Shown here: in pieces, positions 22,119-33,233 of the stretch
How the letters are laid out: the number at the start of each line of letters is the position of its first letter
Numbering within the stretch: the stretch's first letter is position 1
Sequence record: MT446392.1
Direction: 5' to 3' (one strand)
DNA length: 64,000 bases
Source: Escherichia virus TH15
Notes under the pieces: generated by a model
The model's database searches: none
What the model saw: only the letters and a program-made list of their open reading frames with translations
Told to the model about the DNA's origin: nothing
Made by a program: the position numbers and the translations under genes

Positions 22119-24141
22119 ATGGTCCAACAGTCACGAATGTAGACAAAAGAACCCATGCATTATCAACAAGCACGTAAGGGAGACCATCAGCCGCAGGAGC
22201 GACAGGAGGCCTTTTGGTGAGCTCTGTTTCCAAGGCTGATACTTTACCTTCCAAAGTAGTTATCTTCGTCTCGGCTGCATCCAGGCGACCAGGGAGCGGA
22301 GTTACTGTACCTTCAAGAGTTGTCACACGATCAGTTAACGGTGTAATTTTTGCAGTATCGAGTTTAATTGCAGTGATTTCCCCTTCCGCCGAAGTCATTC
22401 GACCGGTCAAGGTTACCAAACCGCCTTTGTTTGTTTCGATATTTGCTTTAATGGTAACCAGCTCACCTTCAACATTGCTAACGTCTAAAGCTAAAGCAGT
22501 GACATCATCATCGGTCGTAGATGTTTTAGTTTCCAATGCGGTTATTTTACCATCAACAGTCGTATCCTTCGTTTCTAATGCAGTAATTCGACCATCTTGT
22601 TCCGTATCTTTATTTTGCAGAGCGAGAACATCTGCCTTAATATTCGTAACGGAAGTGTTCAATGCACCATAACGAGTATCTAACGAACTGATTGCCGTAT
22701 CATTATCATCGACACGACCAGTTAATGTTGTTACGCGTCCATCAGTTGTTACCAATGAAGCTTTAACTGCATCAACTTCGGTTGTGGAATCGATAATTTC
22801 AGACCAGGCACCTTGCTTGCGACCGTATAACTTGTTGTCCAATGGCGCATCGTTCAACTTGGATGCCATCAACATATCCAAGTTAATTACGACTGGAAGA
22901 ACACCACGTTCAGCCACAGTAGCACCGTTAGGGTTAGTCCCGTTCATCTGGCTAGTTAAAGTCAAAATAGAACCTTTCATACCAGTGCTATTTGTACCAA
23001 TTTCAGCCTGCACATCCTGAAGACCTGATGCAGTTTCATTAGCCAGCGTAGTGGTTGCATTCAACTTATACGTGATGGTGTTTGGCTCCGGAGATTGCTC
23101 TGTACCGATTCTCTGAGAAAGCCATGCAGTGGTCCCGCGTAAACCGGAGCTTGAATCCTGACCAACAACAGCCTGCAATCCATTAACATCCGAGCGCAAA
23201 GCACTGATTCGACCATTAATTGTTAATGGTTCCAGAGCGGTGCCGATATCAGCTTCGACCTTAGTAAGTCTTGGTTTGATATTCGCAATATCTGTTTCAT
23301 TGACCGAAACACGCCCACCAAGATTTTCAACGCGAGTTGTAATTGCAAGCCCGGTACCAAAACCGATAGCTTCTTGAATATTGGTAATATCTTCGTCAAT
23401 TTCGACTACTTTGTCATCAAGAGTATTCAGTCGAACAAATACAGCCGGTTTACCTACTGCTAAAGTCGACTCACCCAATTCTTCGCGAATTTTAATTACT
23501 TTTACGTTAAGAGAACCAACATCAGAATCATGGTAATTATCCTCAAGAGTCTTAATACGAACTCCATGGGCAACAATAGCCGAACTGTTATCGAGGATAC
23601 GACGTTTCATGCCTTTTGACGGATTACCAATAACCTGTAGACCATTTATATCCTGGTCAACATACTGACCCAATTCATTTTTAATCCATACAAGGTCATT
23701 ACGAACTGTGCGATAATACGAATCGGTTAACGGGTCATAAACACCAACATCTTCTTTTAACTTTGTAAGACCTTCGGATGTTTCGCTTGACAGCAATTCG
23801 GTATTAAATTGACGTTCATCAAGGTCAAGAATATCCGTACGGTTTTTTTCAATTTGCTTAACAACTTCCGTGTTAGTTGTTATATCCAAAGCTTCCTGGA
23901 TATTATTGACGTTATCAATAATTTCATTGATTTTTTCTTTAGATGTATTTGAGTTGTCGTCGAGTGTATCTACGTTTATTTGAACGCCAACCGCGGCGGC
24001 GTTCAAATTACCATCATGACCATATTTGGTACTGGCCGCAGTCATACAATCGCCGTTTTGTATCCAACGAATTCTCTGTTGACCTTCGTCTGGAATACCG
24101 ATGCTATACGGCAGTTCTTTGAGACTGAGTTTATTAATCAT
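22117..24141 (-). CDS. wac: fibritin (whisker/neck fibre), long coiled coil with C-terminal foldon-like end
   Basis: 674 aa; heptad-rich; C-terminus GLPYVLVDNAWVLLSTF resembles T4 foldon; synteny 12-wac-13. Confidence 0.88.
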   Translation of the reverse strand: MINKLSLKELPYSIGIPDEGQQRIRWIQNGDCMTAASTKYGHDGNLNAAAVGVQINVDTLDDNSNTSKEKINEIIDNVNNIQEALDITTNTEVVKQIEKNRTDILDLDERQFNTELLSSETSEGLTKLKEDVGVYDPLTDSYYRTVRNDLVWIKNELGQYVDQDINGLQVIGNPSKGMKRRILDNSSAIVAHGVRIKTLEDNYHDSDVGSLNVKVIKIREELGESTLAVGKPAVFVRLNTLDDKVVEIDEDITNIQEAIGFGTGLAITTRVENLGGRVSVNETDIANIKPRLTKVEADIGTALEPLTINGRISALRSDVNGLQAVVGQDSSSGLRGTTAWLSQRIGTEQSPEPNTITYKLNATTTLANETASGLQDVQAEIGTNSTGMKGSILTLTSQMNGTNPNGATVAERGVLPVVINLDMLMASKLNDAPLDNKLYGRKQGAWSEIIDSTTEVDAVKASLVTTDGRVTTLTGRVDDNDTAISSLDTRYGALNTSVTNIKADVLALQNKDTEQDGRITALETKDTTVDGKITALETKTSTTDDDVTALALDVSNVEGELVTIKANIETNKGGLVTLTGRMTSAEGEITAIKLDTAKITPLTDRVTTLEGTVTPLPGRLDAAETKITTLEGKVSALETELTKRPPVAPAADGLPYVLVDNAWVLLSTFVTVGP

Positions 24142-24149
24142 TTTGGTCC

Positions 24150-25700
24150 TTAATAGTGAACTTTAATAATATAGTTTAAAGACATATTCCAAGGTCTTGT
24201 TTCATATCCGATAAGGCCTTCACGGTTTAACGTTCCGAGAGAATCACGACCACCACCTAATTCAAATCCATCATTTGTGAAATACGAAGCATTATCCCAG
24301 TCTGAATATTTTCTGGTACCAAGATAACCTTGATAAACTGACGCACCAAATGGAGCTTCATTGCGTTGATATTCGCCCCAACCTCCGGCGTGTTTGTGAT
24401 AAGACATCTGCTGAGCTTGTACACCACCGACCCAAGAACCATCACAACCAACACCCAAGCGGTCTTTACCATAACCATCTTGACCCCGGTTATTCAGAAT
24501 ATGACCGCCTGTACCTGCGCCACGAACGAATAAGCCGCGCATATCAGGAACGCCAGGGTTATTCCAGTCACCACCAAAACGAGCCCCAACAGTATTTCGA
24601 TAGTCAGGGAATTGGTCGCCATTAACAGTACCACCATGACACATAATCCAACCAGGAGGAGCGCTATCACCTGCAAACATCATCACGGTTCCGACAGGAA
24701 CACGTTCGGAAGCATAACGCTGTGTAGAAAGTAATTGACCGCCCATATGAGCCGTAGTGGAGTCAAAATTGCCAGTGGAAATATAATCTAAAGAAAGACT
24801 TCCATTAATTCGTTGACCACCTCGAGTGTTAATTACATCTGCGTTCCAAGCCAGGGCTCCAGCTCCATCACCACCAGGAGCAATCCCAGCCTGAGTAGTT
24901 AATCTAACGACGCCACGAATATCGGTTGTAGCACCACGACCATTAAGAGTTGCACCAGTTACCGCAACACCATCAGCACTGTTATTGATTTCTGACTGAT
25001 TACCCAGACGAATAATCCCTGCGCGGTCTTGTGTTGCTGTACGAGCATTTAAACCAGCCGGAGAAATCGCCACGCCGTCACCCAGAGTTCCTGCTTGTAC
25101 TTCAGCATTTGTAGCAATTCGCACTAAACCGGAAACAGTTTGTGTAGCAGTTGAATAAGTCGGAAGAGCGGCGGTTGCTTTACCAATTGCCAGAGCAACT
25201 TTCAACGGAGACATGGCGGTTGTGTCGTCTGTACCAGCTAAAGCTGCATCTTCGGTGCTAATACGAAGAACACCCAGATTATTTTCGGTACCGACACGAA
25301 CAGTAAAAACATCATCAATTGTTGCTTTTAATGAAGATGGAACAATAGCTGCATCGGTTACTGTCCCTGCTATTGCTTCGGCATTAGTTGCATAACGGGT
25401 AATACCTACATAAGTTTCGGTAGCTTGTGTAGGGATGTCTAAACGAGCTTTTAAGGTCGCCGGAGTAACAGCAGAGTCTGGACTAATACCATCAATAACT
25501 TCTTGTGTGGTGGCTAGTCTGATGAGTCCTGCGGTCGTTTCGGAAGAGGCTGGGATATATCCATCTAACGCAATTTTATTAAGAGACCCCAAAGCCTCTT
25601 GTACGTTGGTAACAGTCGACGGGAAAGCTGTTCCCGTCGGGTCGAATGTTTTATATTCGGATTTATCGCTAATGTGTTTTAGCGTGTTAGTCGTTGTCAT
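24150..25700 (-). CDS. 12: gp12 short tail fibre
   Basis: 516 aa; synteny 11-12-wac. Confidence 0.9.
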   Translation of the reverse strand: MTTTNTLKHISDKSEYKTFDPTGTAFPSTVTNVQEALGSLNKIALDGYIPASSETTAGLIRLATTQEVIDGISPDSAVTPATLKARLDIPTQATETYVGITRYATNAEAIAGTVTDAAIVPSSLKATIDDVFTVRVGTENNLGVLRISTEDAALAGTDDTTAMSPLKVALAIGKATAALPTYSTATQTVSGLVRIATNAEVQAGTLGDGVAISPAGLNARTATQDRAGIIRLGNQSEINNSADGVAVTGATLNGRGATTDIRGVVRLTTQAGIAPGGDGAGALAWNADVINTRGGQRINGSLSLDYISTGNFDSTTAHMGGQLLSTQRYASERVPVGTVMMFAGDSAPPGWIMCHGGTVNGDQFPDYRNTVGARFGGDWNNPGVPDMRGLFVRGAGTGGHILNNRGQDGYGKDRLGVGCDGSWVGGVQAQQMSYHKHAGGWGEYQRNEAPFGASVYQGYLGTRKYSDWDNASYFTNDGFELGGGRDSLGTLNREGLIGYETRPWNMSLNYIIKVHY

Positions 25701-26365
25701 TACGATACTCGCTTATAATGGTAAAGTGAAATTGCGCCATTTGCTGTGCCACCGGATAATGTCTGGGTTGAAGTTCCAAGATATTCCCAGGAACCATAAC
25801 CACCACGCGGTTGCTGTGTAATAGTCTGGCTAAGCGTACAACCATATTGAGCGAAAGGCGCAAAATTATGGTTTTGATAGTCGTTATATGTAATATTTAA
25901 TATAGACTGGTCCACACTATCAATTGCAGAGCTTGACACGATTAAACTATCAGCAACAGCCGTCAACAAAGCATCGTTAACCTTGGAAGCGACCAATACA
26001 GCTGAATCCCCAACAATAACCTCAACAGGAATACCAAAAATGAAAAATAAAACAGTATCACCGACCCCGGCACCAGAAATAGACCCGGTGAATTTAATTT
26101 TATCCGACTGGCTGATTGCTGCCGGAGAAAGGTTATTTGTATTAGTAATTACACTACCAACCGGAAGCTCATATCGAAACGCAATATCATCTATTGCGCT
26201 CTGAACTGTTGGGTAAAAAATACCTTCGGTTGTCTGTGTTGCGGATGGCCCACCGATTGCTCGTTGGCCCATCACAGCCGTAATATTTTTTGATGTATTT
26301 TGAAATTCTAAGTAACTAGCATGGCGGGAAATTACTCCAGCCTTTTTATTCGTTAATGTTTTCAT
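25700..26365 (-). CDS. 11: gp11 baseplate wedge / short tail fibre attachment protein
   Basis: 221 aa; NKKAGVISR N-terminus like T4 gp11; synteny. Confidence 0.9.
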   Translation of the reverse strand: MKTLTNKKAGVISRHASYLEFQNTSKNITAVMGQRAIGGPSATQTTEGIFYPTVQSAIDDIAFRYELPVGSVITNTNNLSPAAISQSDKIKFTGSISGAGVGDTVLFFIFGIPVEVIVGDSAVLVASKVNDALLTAVADSLIVSSSAIDSVDQSILNITYNDYQNHNFAPFAQYGCTLSQTITQQPRGGYGSWEYLGTSTQTLSGGTANGAISLYHYKRVS

Positions 26366-28176
26366 TAAGCAATCCTTACCCAGCGATGAGCAATCAAATA
26401 TGGAGGCATTGTATAAACCGGTTGAGCTTGAGGGTCTTGTGCCTGATTAATGGTGGCTTTATCTTCTCTGTATTTGGTATAAGCTGGACCTTGTGCATCT
26501 GGGTCTACCTGACAACCACCGACGACAATTGGACCATTATCATCAACAACCAAAACTTTCTCATCAGTTTCAAGTTTAGGTACATTTATATCTTTAATAT
26601 GAACTTCAACGCTACCGCCTGTGCCACCTGCCGTCGCTTGTGGGTTACCACCAGAATCCAGGTCGTTATTGTTTGTATGGAAGTTTGAGGCAGGGTCATC
26701 CGACCAGGCAACAATTACGCGTTCTTTAAGACGTTTCCATGAACCAAACCCCATATAAGTAACCGGGTTATTTGGGTTAACCGTATTTTCGTAAATTGTA
26801 CCAACAGGGTAGAATAATTCAAAGATAGCACCAACAGAAGATGGAACAACTTCTTGAAGACCAACTGGCTCAACGTTCGGTGCAAATGGATTATCAAAAT
26901 CTGTAATACGTACACGACCGGTTAGGCTCAATGTATTTCCCTGAGAAACATAAAGAGTATCAGTCTCATCACGGATTTCATCCATGGTCATAGTTGTGCC
27001 GATATCGTTATTGTACCAAATGACCGACAGAATATCACCGTCTTCAAATTCACGATAAATGCTAATACCTTCAATACGGTTGTCATCATCAAATTGTAGC
27101 AAATAATCCTGGGTTGATTCGGACCAACTACCACCATTCGCACTACATTCCGCAGCAGTAGAACCTTGTGCACCTTCACAATAAAATACTGGAGTTCCTG
27201 CAGTACCGGCTTGATGTTGTAAAATACTGTTAATGAATACCTGACATGCGTTTGGGTTAATTGGACTACCTGGAGAAATACCAAGTTCTTCAATTGTAAA
27301 TGTGTGTTTGGATGTCAAATCTGTAACAATCAAAGAACCATTAATTGTTGTTTCTTTAGTCCTGTCCTGGCTACGAACAAGTACATCACGGCGGTTATAT
27401 GAACTACGCCATTGAGCAATACCATCATTAAATGTTCGGATGATAACCGTATCACCTTCAGCACATGGCATTTTTAGACGGATACTTTTACCGTCAAGCG
27501 CAACAATTTCACCGGGGTTTGCACCCGGGGAACCGAATTCAGCATTCGCCGGGTCAAAAATATCGTCTTTACCATAAAACAAGTCGTTACCACGATGTTT
27601 GACTTCTAAGTTCGATACACTATACGGAATAGCACCAAAAACGTTGATAAAGTCAGTTTGACCTTCAGTTGCAATAAACTGTTGGGATGCAACTGTGGCA
27701 ACGTCGTTATTTGAAATTTTATCGACTTGTTTATTATCAATATATTCCCAGCGACCTGGTGAACAATATACAAGTTCGAGGTCAGCCAAGTTGCGTTTAA
27801 TTTCTACTGGGTTTGGTGAGCCTTTAATTGTATCCCCGACTGCAGGAACAATTGTCACTGGGTTGATTTGCCATGTAGCAAACACATCACGCAAACGAAT
27901 TACATAATTGTATTCTTGAGTTGTCCCTTTCGGAAGGACAACTCGAACTGCGCCAGCTGATGTATCGATGGTATAGCTTCGACCCATAACAGCAGACAAC
28001 TCGGTGCCTTCTTGCGTAGTCCAGGTTTTCCATGCCCCGGCCGCGTGAGGATTTTCACCGTCACCCAGCTGATAATAAAGGTCATCAAAGTTATTGTTTA
28101 TTTTTTGACCACCGAGACGAAGGTAATCACCAGTACCATCATCAACCATATTGCCAATTTTTAAATTCTGTTTCAT
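26365..28176 (-). CDS. 10: gp10 baseplate wedge protein
   Basis: 603 aa (T4 602); synteny. Confidence 0.92.
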   Translation of the reverse strand: MKQNLKIGNMVDDGTGDYLRLGGQKINNNFDDLYYQLGDGENPHAAGAWKTWTTQEGTELSAVMGRSYTIDTSAGAVRVVLPKGTTQEYNYVIRLRDVFATWQINPVTIVPAVGDTIKGSPNPVEIKRNLADLELVYCSPGRWEYIDNKQVDKISNNDVATVASQQFIATEGQTDFINVFGAIPYSVSNLEVKHRGNDLFYGKDDIFDPANAEFGSPGANPGEIVALDGKSIRLKMPCAEGDTVIIRTFNDGIAQWRSSYNRRDVLVRSQDRTKETTINGSLIVTDLTSKHTFTIEELGISPGSPINPNACQVFINSILQHQAGTAGTPVFYCEGAQGSTAAECSANGGSWSESTQDYLLQFDDDNRIEGISIYREFEDGDILSVIWYNNDIGTTMTMDEIRDETDTLYVSQGNTLSLTGRVRITDFDNPFAPNVEPVGLQEVVPSSVGAIFELFYPVGTIYENTVNPNNPVTYMGFGSWKRLKERVIVAWSDDPASNFHTNNNDLDSGGNPQATAGGTGGSVEVHIKDINVPKLETDEKVLVVDDNGPIVVGGCQVDPDAQGPAYTKYREDKATINQAQDPQAQPVYTMPPYLIAHRWVRIA

Positions 28177-29045
28177 TATACCGGTACTCCGATTGTTTGG
28201 GCGGAAATTACTTTAATAGCGAGCTTCATGGCAGTGGGTGAGCTTATAGCCGCCTGGATGATGTCCTGATTATCAATTCTAAAATCGATGGCGTATATCT
28301 CATCTTCTTCACTAGCTTGTCCACGTCTGATTACAGCGTATTCTGTGCTATATACCTTGCGGTCTTTAAGGTCGATATAAAGTAATATTTCTGATGCTTT
28401 GTATTTAGTTTCGTCTGTTGAAATAGCTGTCAGCATCAATTTTATAGTTTTATAATCTGCACGGAAAGCGATTGGAATATCACGAACAACCGAGCTCATA
28501 TTATATGTTTTGTCGAGCAATACAGATTGGTTGCCAAACATACTTTCGATTTTGTAGTCCCAGGTCCCTACGCCGTTGGCATCGTCAATACACCACAATG
28601 TAATTTTTGTATAAGGTTGGGTAAATTTCATTTTGTTTGTTGCAGCGGTCAGGAACGAATCTGTGCCTTGCAGTTCAACTTCCAGTGGCATCGAGGTAGA
28701 TAATGAACCGTTGGAGTTAATAAAGATAATGCCTTCACCCGCTTTACCTTTTGCAATTCTTGCAGTAACAACTCCTTCTGCAGTATTGACATCACGCATA
28801 GAGCCGAGAGCAACAGTTGAGTTCCATTCGATGATATTTGTAGCTTTTTGATAGTAGCCAGTCGCATGAAGTACCTGGGAGTTTTCTCCATTGTTCACAG
28901 AGTACAGACGCTGGTCACCGAATGTATTATACAAACTGTCTAAATCCACGTTCAGTTTACGACCGCCTTCATATAGAATATCACCGGTGCTGGCGTTACC
29001 AATCTCGCCGATGTCTACTAATAATTTTGGGGTTTGATTAATCAT
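28176..29045 (-). CDS. 9: gp9 baseplate wedge, long tail fibre socket
   Basis: 289 aa (T4 288); synteny. Confidence 0.92.
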   Translation of the reverse strand: MINQTPKLLVDIGEIGNASTGDILYEGGRKLNVDLDSLYNTFGDQRLYSVNNGENSQVLHATGYYQKATNIIEWNSTVALGSMRDVNTAEGVVTARIAKGKAGEGIIFINSNGSLSTSMPLEVELQGTDSFLTAATNKMKFTQPYTKITLWCIDDANGVGTWDYKIESMFGNQSVLLDKTYNMSSVVRDIPIAFRADYKTIKLMLTAISTDETKYKASEILLYIDLKDRKVYSTEYAVIRRGQASEEDEIYAIDFRIDNQDIIQAAISSPTAMKLAIKVISAQTIGVPV

Positions 29046-29072
29046 AGGTAAGCCTCGTTATTGATATAGCTA

Positions 29073-29080
29073 TATTTATA
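29073..29080 (-). promoter_or_regulatory. T4-type late promoter TATAAATA upstream of gene 9
   Basis: 28 nt upstream of ATG at 29045. Confidence 0.65.
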
Positions 29081-29083
29081 AAA

Positions 29084-29106
29084 TAAAAAAGGGACCCGAA
29101 GGTCCC
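29084..29106 (-). terminator. intrinsic terminator downstream of gene 8 (GGGACC-ttcg-GGTCCC plus T7)
   Basis: Hairpin and T-run on minus strand between genes 8 and 9. Confidence 0.65.
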
Positions 29107-29109
29107 TTG

Positions 29110-30114
29110 TTAGAATTCAAAAATAATATTAACTTCTTCTGTCTGGTCCATTGCACGGATAATCGGCGGACGGTTTTCCATGTAAATCATTTCCCCAGAA
29201 TGACGGTCCAAATCAATCGCATCATAGTATTCTTTGATTGCTTTGATATTTGGGTCATTAGGGTGAACTTTTACTTCCAATGGGTTAGCAATAATCGACA
29301 GCTGACGGAAACCTTTGTTACCTGGTAAACTAAATTCCGGGAAGTAAATGGAATCCATGAATGCTTTAAATCGAATCGTATAACCTTTAATTCGATAAAT
29401 CAATCCATAATCATTTTGCTGCCAGCTGATATTGTCTGCATATCCCCAACGAACAGGGTCTTCCTCAATTTCTTCCGGCCATGGAACAACGATATATTCG
29501 TTTGTGCATCGGTTGATAGACACATCCGGTGGAATCTCATACAAATATTCCCACAGATAACCATCGCCCATATCAACTCTTCCTTCGGTATCACCTGTAC
29601 CTGCGGGGGCACGGGTTGAGTTAAATTCTGCAGTCCAGCGACCACCGAGTTTTAAGCATTCTTCTTTATTGATAATTGAATAAATGGAGCAAGTACCAAC
29701 ATCCGGAACATCAACACAACGATAAACCATCCAACCTTTACCAACATCTGTTCGGTTATATGGTGCGCTGTTAGCTACAACAATTTCACCGACTTGGAAG
29801 TTCAACGGATTAGGATATCTTATATCACCCCAGTCTTTGCGAGGGACAACACAGTCAAGCATTGATTTGTAAACCTTAACGGCGCCCATCATATTTGTCC
29901 ATGTATCTTCAACACCTTGCGCTGTATCAACAGGATAAGGAGGGGCGAACCCCGGGTCATTCTCATTCGATGCCCAGGGTTCAGCGCGACCGAACGTCAC
30001 ATACATAGTGTTTTCGTCCGGTTCGTTGCCAATCATTTTATAGAAATTATACATTTTTTCCGTTCGAAATTTGGAGGTAATTATCGAACGGTAAACTACA
30101 GTTGAATTATTCAT
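29110..30114 (-). CDS. 8: gp8 baseplate wedge protein
   Basis: 334 aa; long blocks matching T4 gp8 (GEMIYMENRPPII, NRCTNEYIVVPWPEE). Confidence 0.95.
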   Translation of the reverse strand: MNNSTVVYRSIITSKFRTEKMYNFYKMIGNEPDENTMYVTFGRAEPWASNENDPGFAPPYPVDTAQGVEDTWTNMMGAVKVYKSMLDCVVPRKDWGDIRYPNPLNFQVGEIVVANSAPYNRTDVGKGWMVYRCVDVPDVGTCSIYSIINKEECLKLGGRWTAEFNSTRAPAGTGDTEGRVDMGDGYLWEYLYEIPPDVSINRCTNEYIVVPWPEEIEEDPVRWGYADNISWQQNDYGLIYRIKGYTIRFKAFMDSIYFPEFSLPGNKGFRQLSIIANPLEVKVHPNDPNIKAIKEYYDAIDLDRHSGEMIYMENRPPIIRAMDQTEEVNIIFEF

Positions 30115-33100
30115 TTACTTTTACCTGTGTCGGGTCTCTAGGGTCACGTGGATTTCCAATATCATCCTTAAGACGTTGATTAACCAAATTGCGCCAGTTA
30201 GAAAATGTAACCGCAGACTGGTCAAACAATGGACTGTACTTTTTACGACGTTCAGAAGGAAGAGTTCCATGGAAATCCGAGAAATCGTTTTCTGCATCGT
30301 AATCGGCCGGTAATGGGAACGGCAATCCAGCATTAGGAGCAATATTATATACTGCTTCACCAGTGACTGGGTTTTTCTCAATATTACCATCAACACCGAT
30401 AACTGCGATACGGTCGCACCATTCAGACGGAATACCAGACGACCAACGATAGTTGTTCAATTTGTTGATGATTGTCTCAGTGTGTTTTAATGACAAACCC
30501 GCGTTAACAAACATCGTCAATAATGTAATTCCAACAAATCCAAATCCAACCGGATGCACAAAACGCAAAACGTCATTGCGATAACGGGAGGTAGGCAGAC
30601 TTGATTTAATAGTCATCACATAATAAGAACGATTTCGGTTGATATAGTCAATATTGTTGCTTAACAATTCTTTACCGCGAACACCCTGAACAATCATACC
30701 TTCGAAAGAAGTTCGTTCGGATTTAATTTCTTGACCGACAATAAAGCGTCCAAGCAAGTTATGGATTGTTATACGCCATCTCAATTTACCCTGTTTATAG
30801 TCACGCTCCATATAAGTTACGTTACTACGGCCAGTTGGGGTGTAAATGGTTTGCCCTACGATATCTTCACTGATATTATCAGATTCAACAATTATGTCGT
30901 ATTCGGTTCCATTCTTGGATTCGATATCAATTTCAACGTCTTCATTGTACAACAATTTAAACAAGAATTTGTAAGACGCTTCAGTCCCCTTGGTTGCCCA
31001 GAAATCTGATTGACGGGCTTCGAAAAACCTTACAACTTCATCACGCTTGGTTTTTGACAAATAAATGTTTCTTTTGTACATCTCACTCCACAAGTATTCC
31101 CATGCATCTTCTTCACGAGGATATTGGTTGCGGATAAGATTTAAAAGGTTGTTGTAATACGTACCAGAGCCATCACTGATAAACTGCAAATAGTATTCAC
31201 AGAATTTTTCAAAGTTGGAATCTTGTAGCAAGTAACTATCCGGTACCATTTTAGTTAACAACGGGCGCAAGTCCGGGTCTTTTTCCTGATTATCATTATC
31301 AGGAGTCCATGGAATATCGTGTTCCTGGTTTTGTAATTCAGCAGTGAACATAATTTCTTTTGGTTTCCAGATAAGGCGAACTTCATCACGCATACGATAG
31401 TCGAATTCAAAATAACCAATAAGTTCCCCTGTATTTTTATGTAACATAATACCGGAAGCATATTTTTTAAAGCCATTAAATTCGATGTTAGGCGCTGTTA
31501 CTGTTACTTGACCTTTGTTCCAATATTCATGCACAATACGTTCCGGGGATGAACCGCCGAATGTATCGATAATTTTTTGATACAACATATCGTTGTACAC
31601 AACCAGAGCTCGGTCAGAAGTCGTAATCCAACAACGAGTATCATCGCGTCTTGACCAGTTGAAAAATGGTTCAGCGTAATAAGTCATTCGACCTGGTTTA
31701 AATTCTTCCCAGCCTGAATCTTTATTTGACCTAAAACTCATCATCAAATAATGCTTGTCATGTATCCATTGTTCGTCGTACACATATTTGACTGCGCTAT
31801 TAACTTCATCAGGGTATTTTTCAGGTAATGCAGTATCTGGTTCCACGGAATAATGGAAGTTACTTGAACTGATAAAAAGTTCAATTCCATCAGTTGACAT
31901 GCTTGTGTAACCATGTTCAATACGGCGACGTTCGTCTTCTGTGTTACCAAAAACTCGTGTCCATGTATCGGTATCAGTATTTAATTTATAAACGCCCTTC
32001 GATAGTGAATCGACAACGTTTTCAGGTTTAGTCGGGTCTTGACGTTCTTCTTGTACTTCACCTGTGATTAATGCAAACACTTCACCATCAATTGAATCCA
32101 TCTTATAACAAACAGCTTTTGGGTTGCCGCTTATTGTGCTAAAACCAGCTTCAAACAATTTTTCACCAAACGTTGGAGAGTTAGGGTCATTATCAATCGG
32201 AGCATCAGAAGATTTAGCTTTGTACACGCGGTCACGGCCAGAAACGTAAATCATGGAATCAGTCGTAGTAATTGCTTCAGCAATTGTTGAGATATAAGCA
32301 GGGAGTCTTGCATACGTGCCAAATATTTCAATATCGAATCCGAGATTGATATCCGAACCAATTTTTGCAAATGTTATATCCTGAGAACTGAATCGAACAT
32401 CATCAGCAGACCATCTTACGTCACTTGATTTACGACCGTAAAAAATTCGGTCATACCCGAGCACATAAGTTGTCGTATCTGATTGATAATAAATTGTGCG
32501 CGATACGGGGTTGCCGATACGGTCATTAAACAATTTCACATAATACCAGTTCTGTCCTTTATCATTGGAGACTTTGACAGTTGTCTGGAATCGTTCAAAC
32601 AAATACAACACGCCACCAAGTTCAGCAATCATCGTACGATTAACATCGTTACACACTGGCTGAATGCTACCCTGAATTTCGTGATATTGGTCTTCCTTTA
32701 ATACATAGTTTGAAATTGAAGACAAATGAGAATATGCAGGAGTAAAGCTAAAATCTTCGGACATCAACGATGCCGTAATCGCATCATTATTAAAGTTAAT
32801 ATAAGCCTGGTTGTTGTTTGCGAATTTTTCTTCAATGAATTTATTTGTTAATGTAAACTCACGCATGTGTTCAAATGTGTATGCGTTAGTTGCAAAGGTT
32901 TCAAATTCTTCGGTATAAACCCAATCAGATTGCTCAAAACCCATTGCTGCAACGGCAACACGCATTTTGTAAAATGATACTGGACGAATAAAATCTTGTT
33001 CGAACCATTCATTGTCTGGAGTATAACCTAAATTCCTCCATAACAGATTTTCTTCTGGAATAGCAACACCATTTTCTTTTGTCGGAGCAATCTCAACAAA

Positions 33101-33205
33101 ATAATAAAAGTTGGCGCCAACATTATCCCATTTTATGCTAACCTGGTTAGCAGATAGTTTATCAATCCGTAAGCTGGTTACATAAGGGGCTTTAACACTC
33201 ATCAT
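30107..33205 (-). CDS. 7: gp7 baseplate wedge initiator protein
   Basis: Start re-set to ATG at 33205 (MMSVKAPYVTSLRI.KLSANQV matches T4 gp7 N-terminus); 1032 aa equals T4 length; SD AAGGAAA. Confidence 0.93.
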   Translation of the reverse strand: MMSVKAPYVTSLRIDKLSANQVSIKWDNVGANFYYFVEIAPTKENGVAIPEENLLWRNLGYTPDNEWFEQDFIRPVSFYKMRVAVAAMGFEQSDWVYTEEFETFATNAYTFEHMREFTLTNKFIEEKFANNNQAYINFNNDAITASLMSEDFSFTPAYSHLSSISNYVLKEDQYHEIQGSIQPVCNDVNRTMIAELGGVLYLFERFQTTVKVSNDKGQNWYYVKLFNDRIGNPVSRTIYYQSDTTTYVLGYDRIFYGRKSSDVRWSADDVRFSSQDITFAKIGSDINLGFDIEIFGTYARLPAYISTIAEAITTTDSMIYVSGRDRVYKAKSSDAPIDNDPNSPTFGEKLFEAGFSTISGNPKAVCYKMDSIDGEVFALITGEVQEERQDPTKPENVVDSLSKGVYKLNTDTDTWTRVFGNTEDERRRIEHGYTSMSTDGIELFISSSNFHYSVEPDTALPEKYPDEVNSAVKYVYDEQWIHDKHYLMMSFRSNKDSGWEEFKPGRMTYYAEPFFNWSRRDDTRCWITTSDRALVVYNDMLYQKIIDTFGGSSPERIVHEYWNKGQVTVTAPNIEFNGFKKYASGIMLHKNTGELIGYFEFDYRMRDEVRLIWKPKEIMFTAELQNQEHDIPWTPDNDNQEKDPDLRPLLTKMVPDSYLLQDSNFEKFCEYYLQFISDGSGTYYNNLLNLIRNQYPREEDAWEYLWSEMYKRNIYLSKTKRDEVVRFFEARQSDFWATKGTEASYKFLFKLLYNEDVEIDIESKNGTEYDIIVESDNISEDIVGQTIYTPTGRSNVTYMERDYKQGKLRWRITIHNLLGRFIVGQEIKSERTSFEGMIVQGVRGKELLSNNIDYINRNRSYYVMTIKSSLPTSRYRNDVLRFVHPVGFGFVGITLLTMFVNAGLSLKHTETIINKLNNYRWSSGIPSEWCDRIAVIGVDGNIEKNPVTGEAVYNIAPNAGLPFPLPADYDAENDFSDFHGTLPSERRKKYSPLFDQSAVTFSNWRNLVNQRLKDDIGNPRDPRDPTQVKVNE

Positions 33206-33233
33206 GGTTTCCTTAAAAAGCCTCCGAAGAGGC

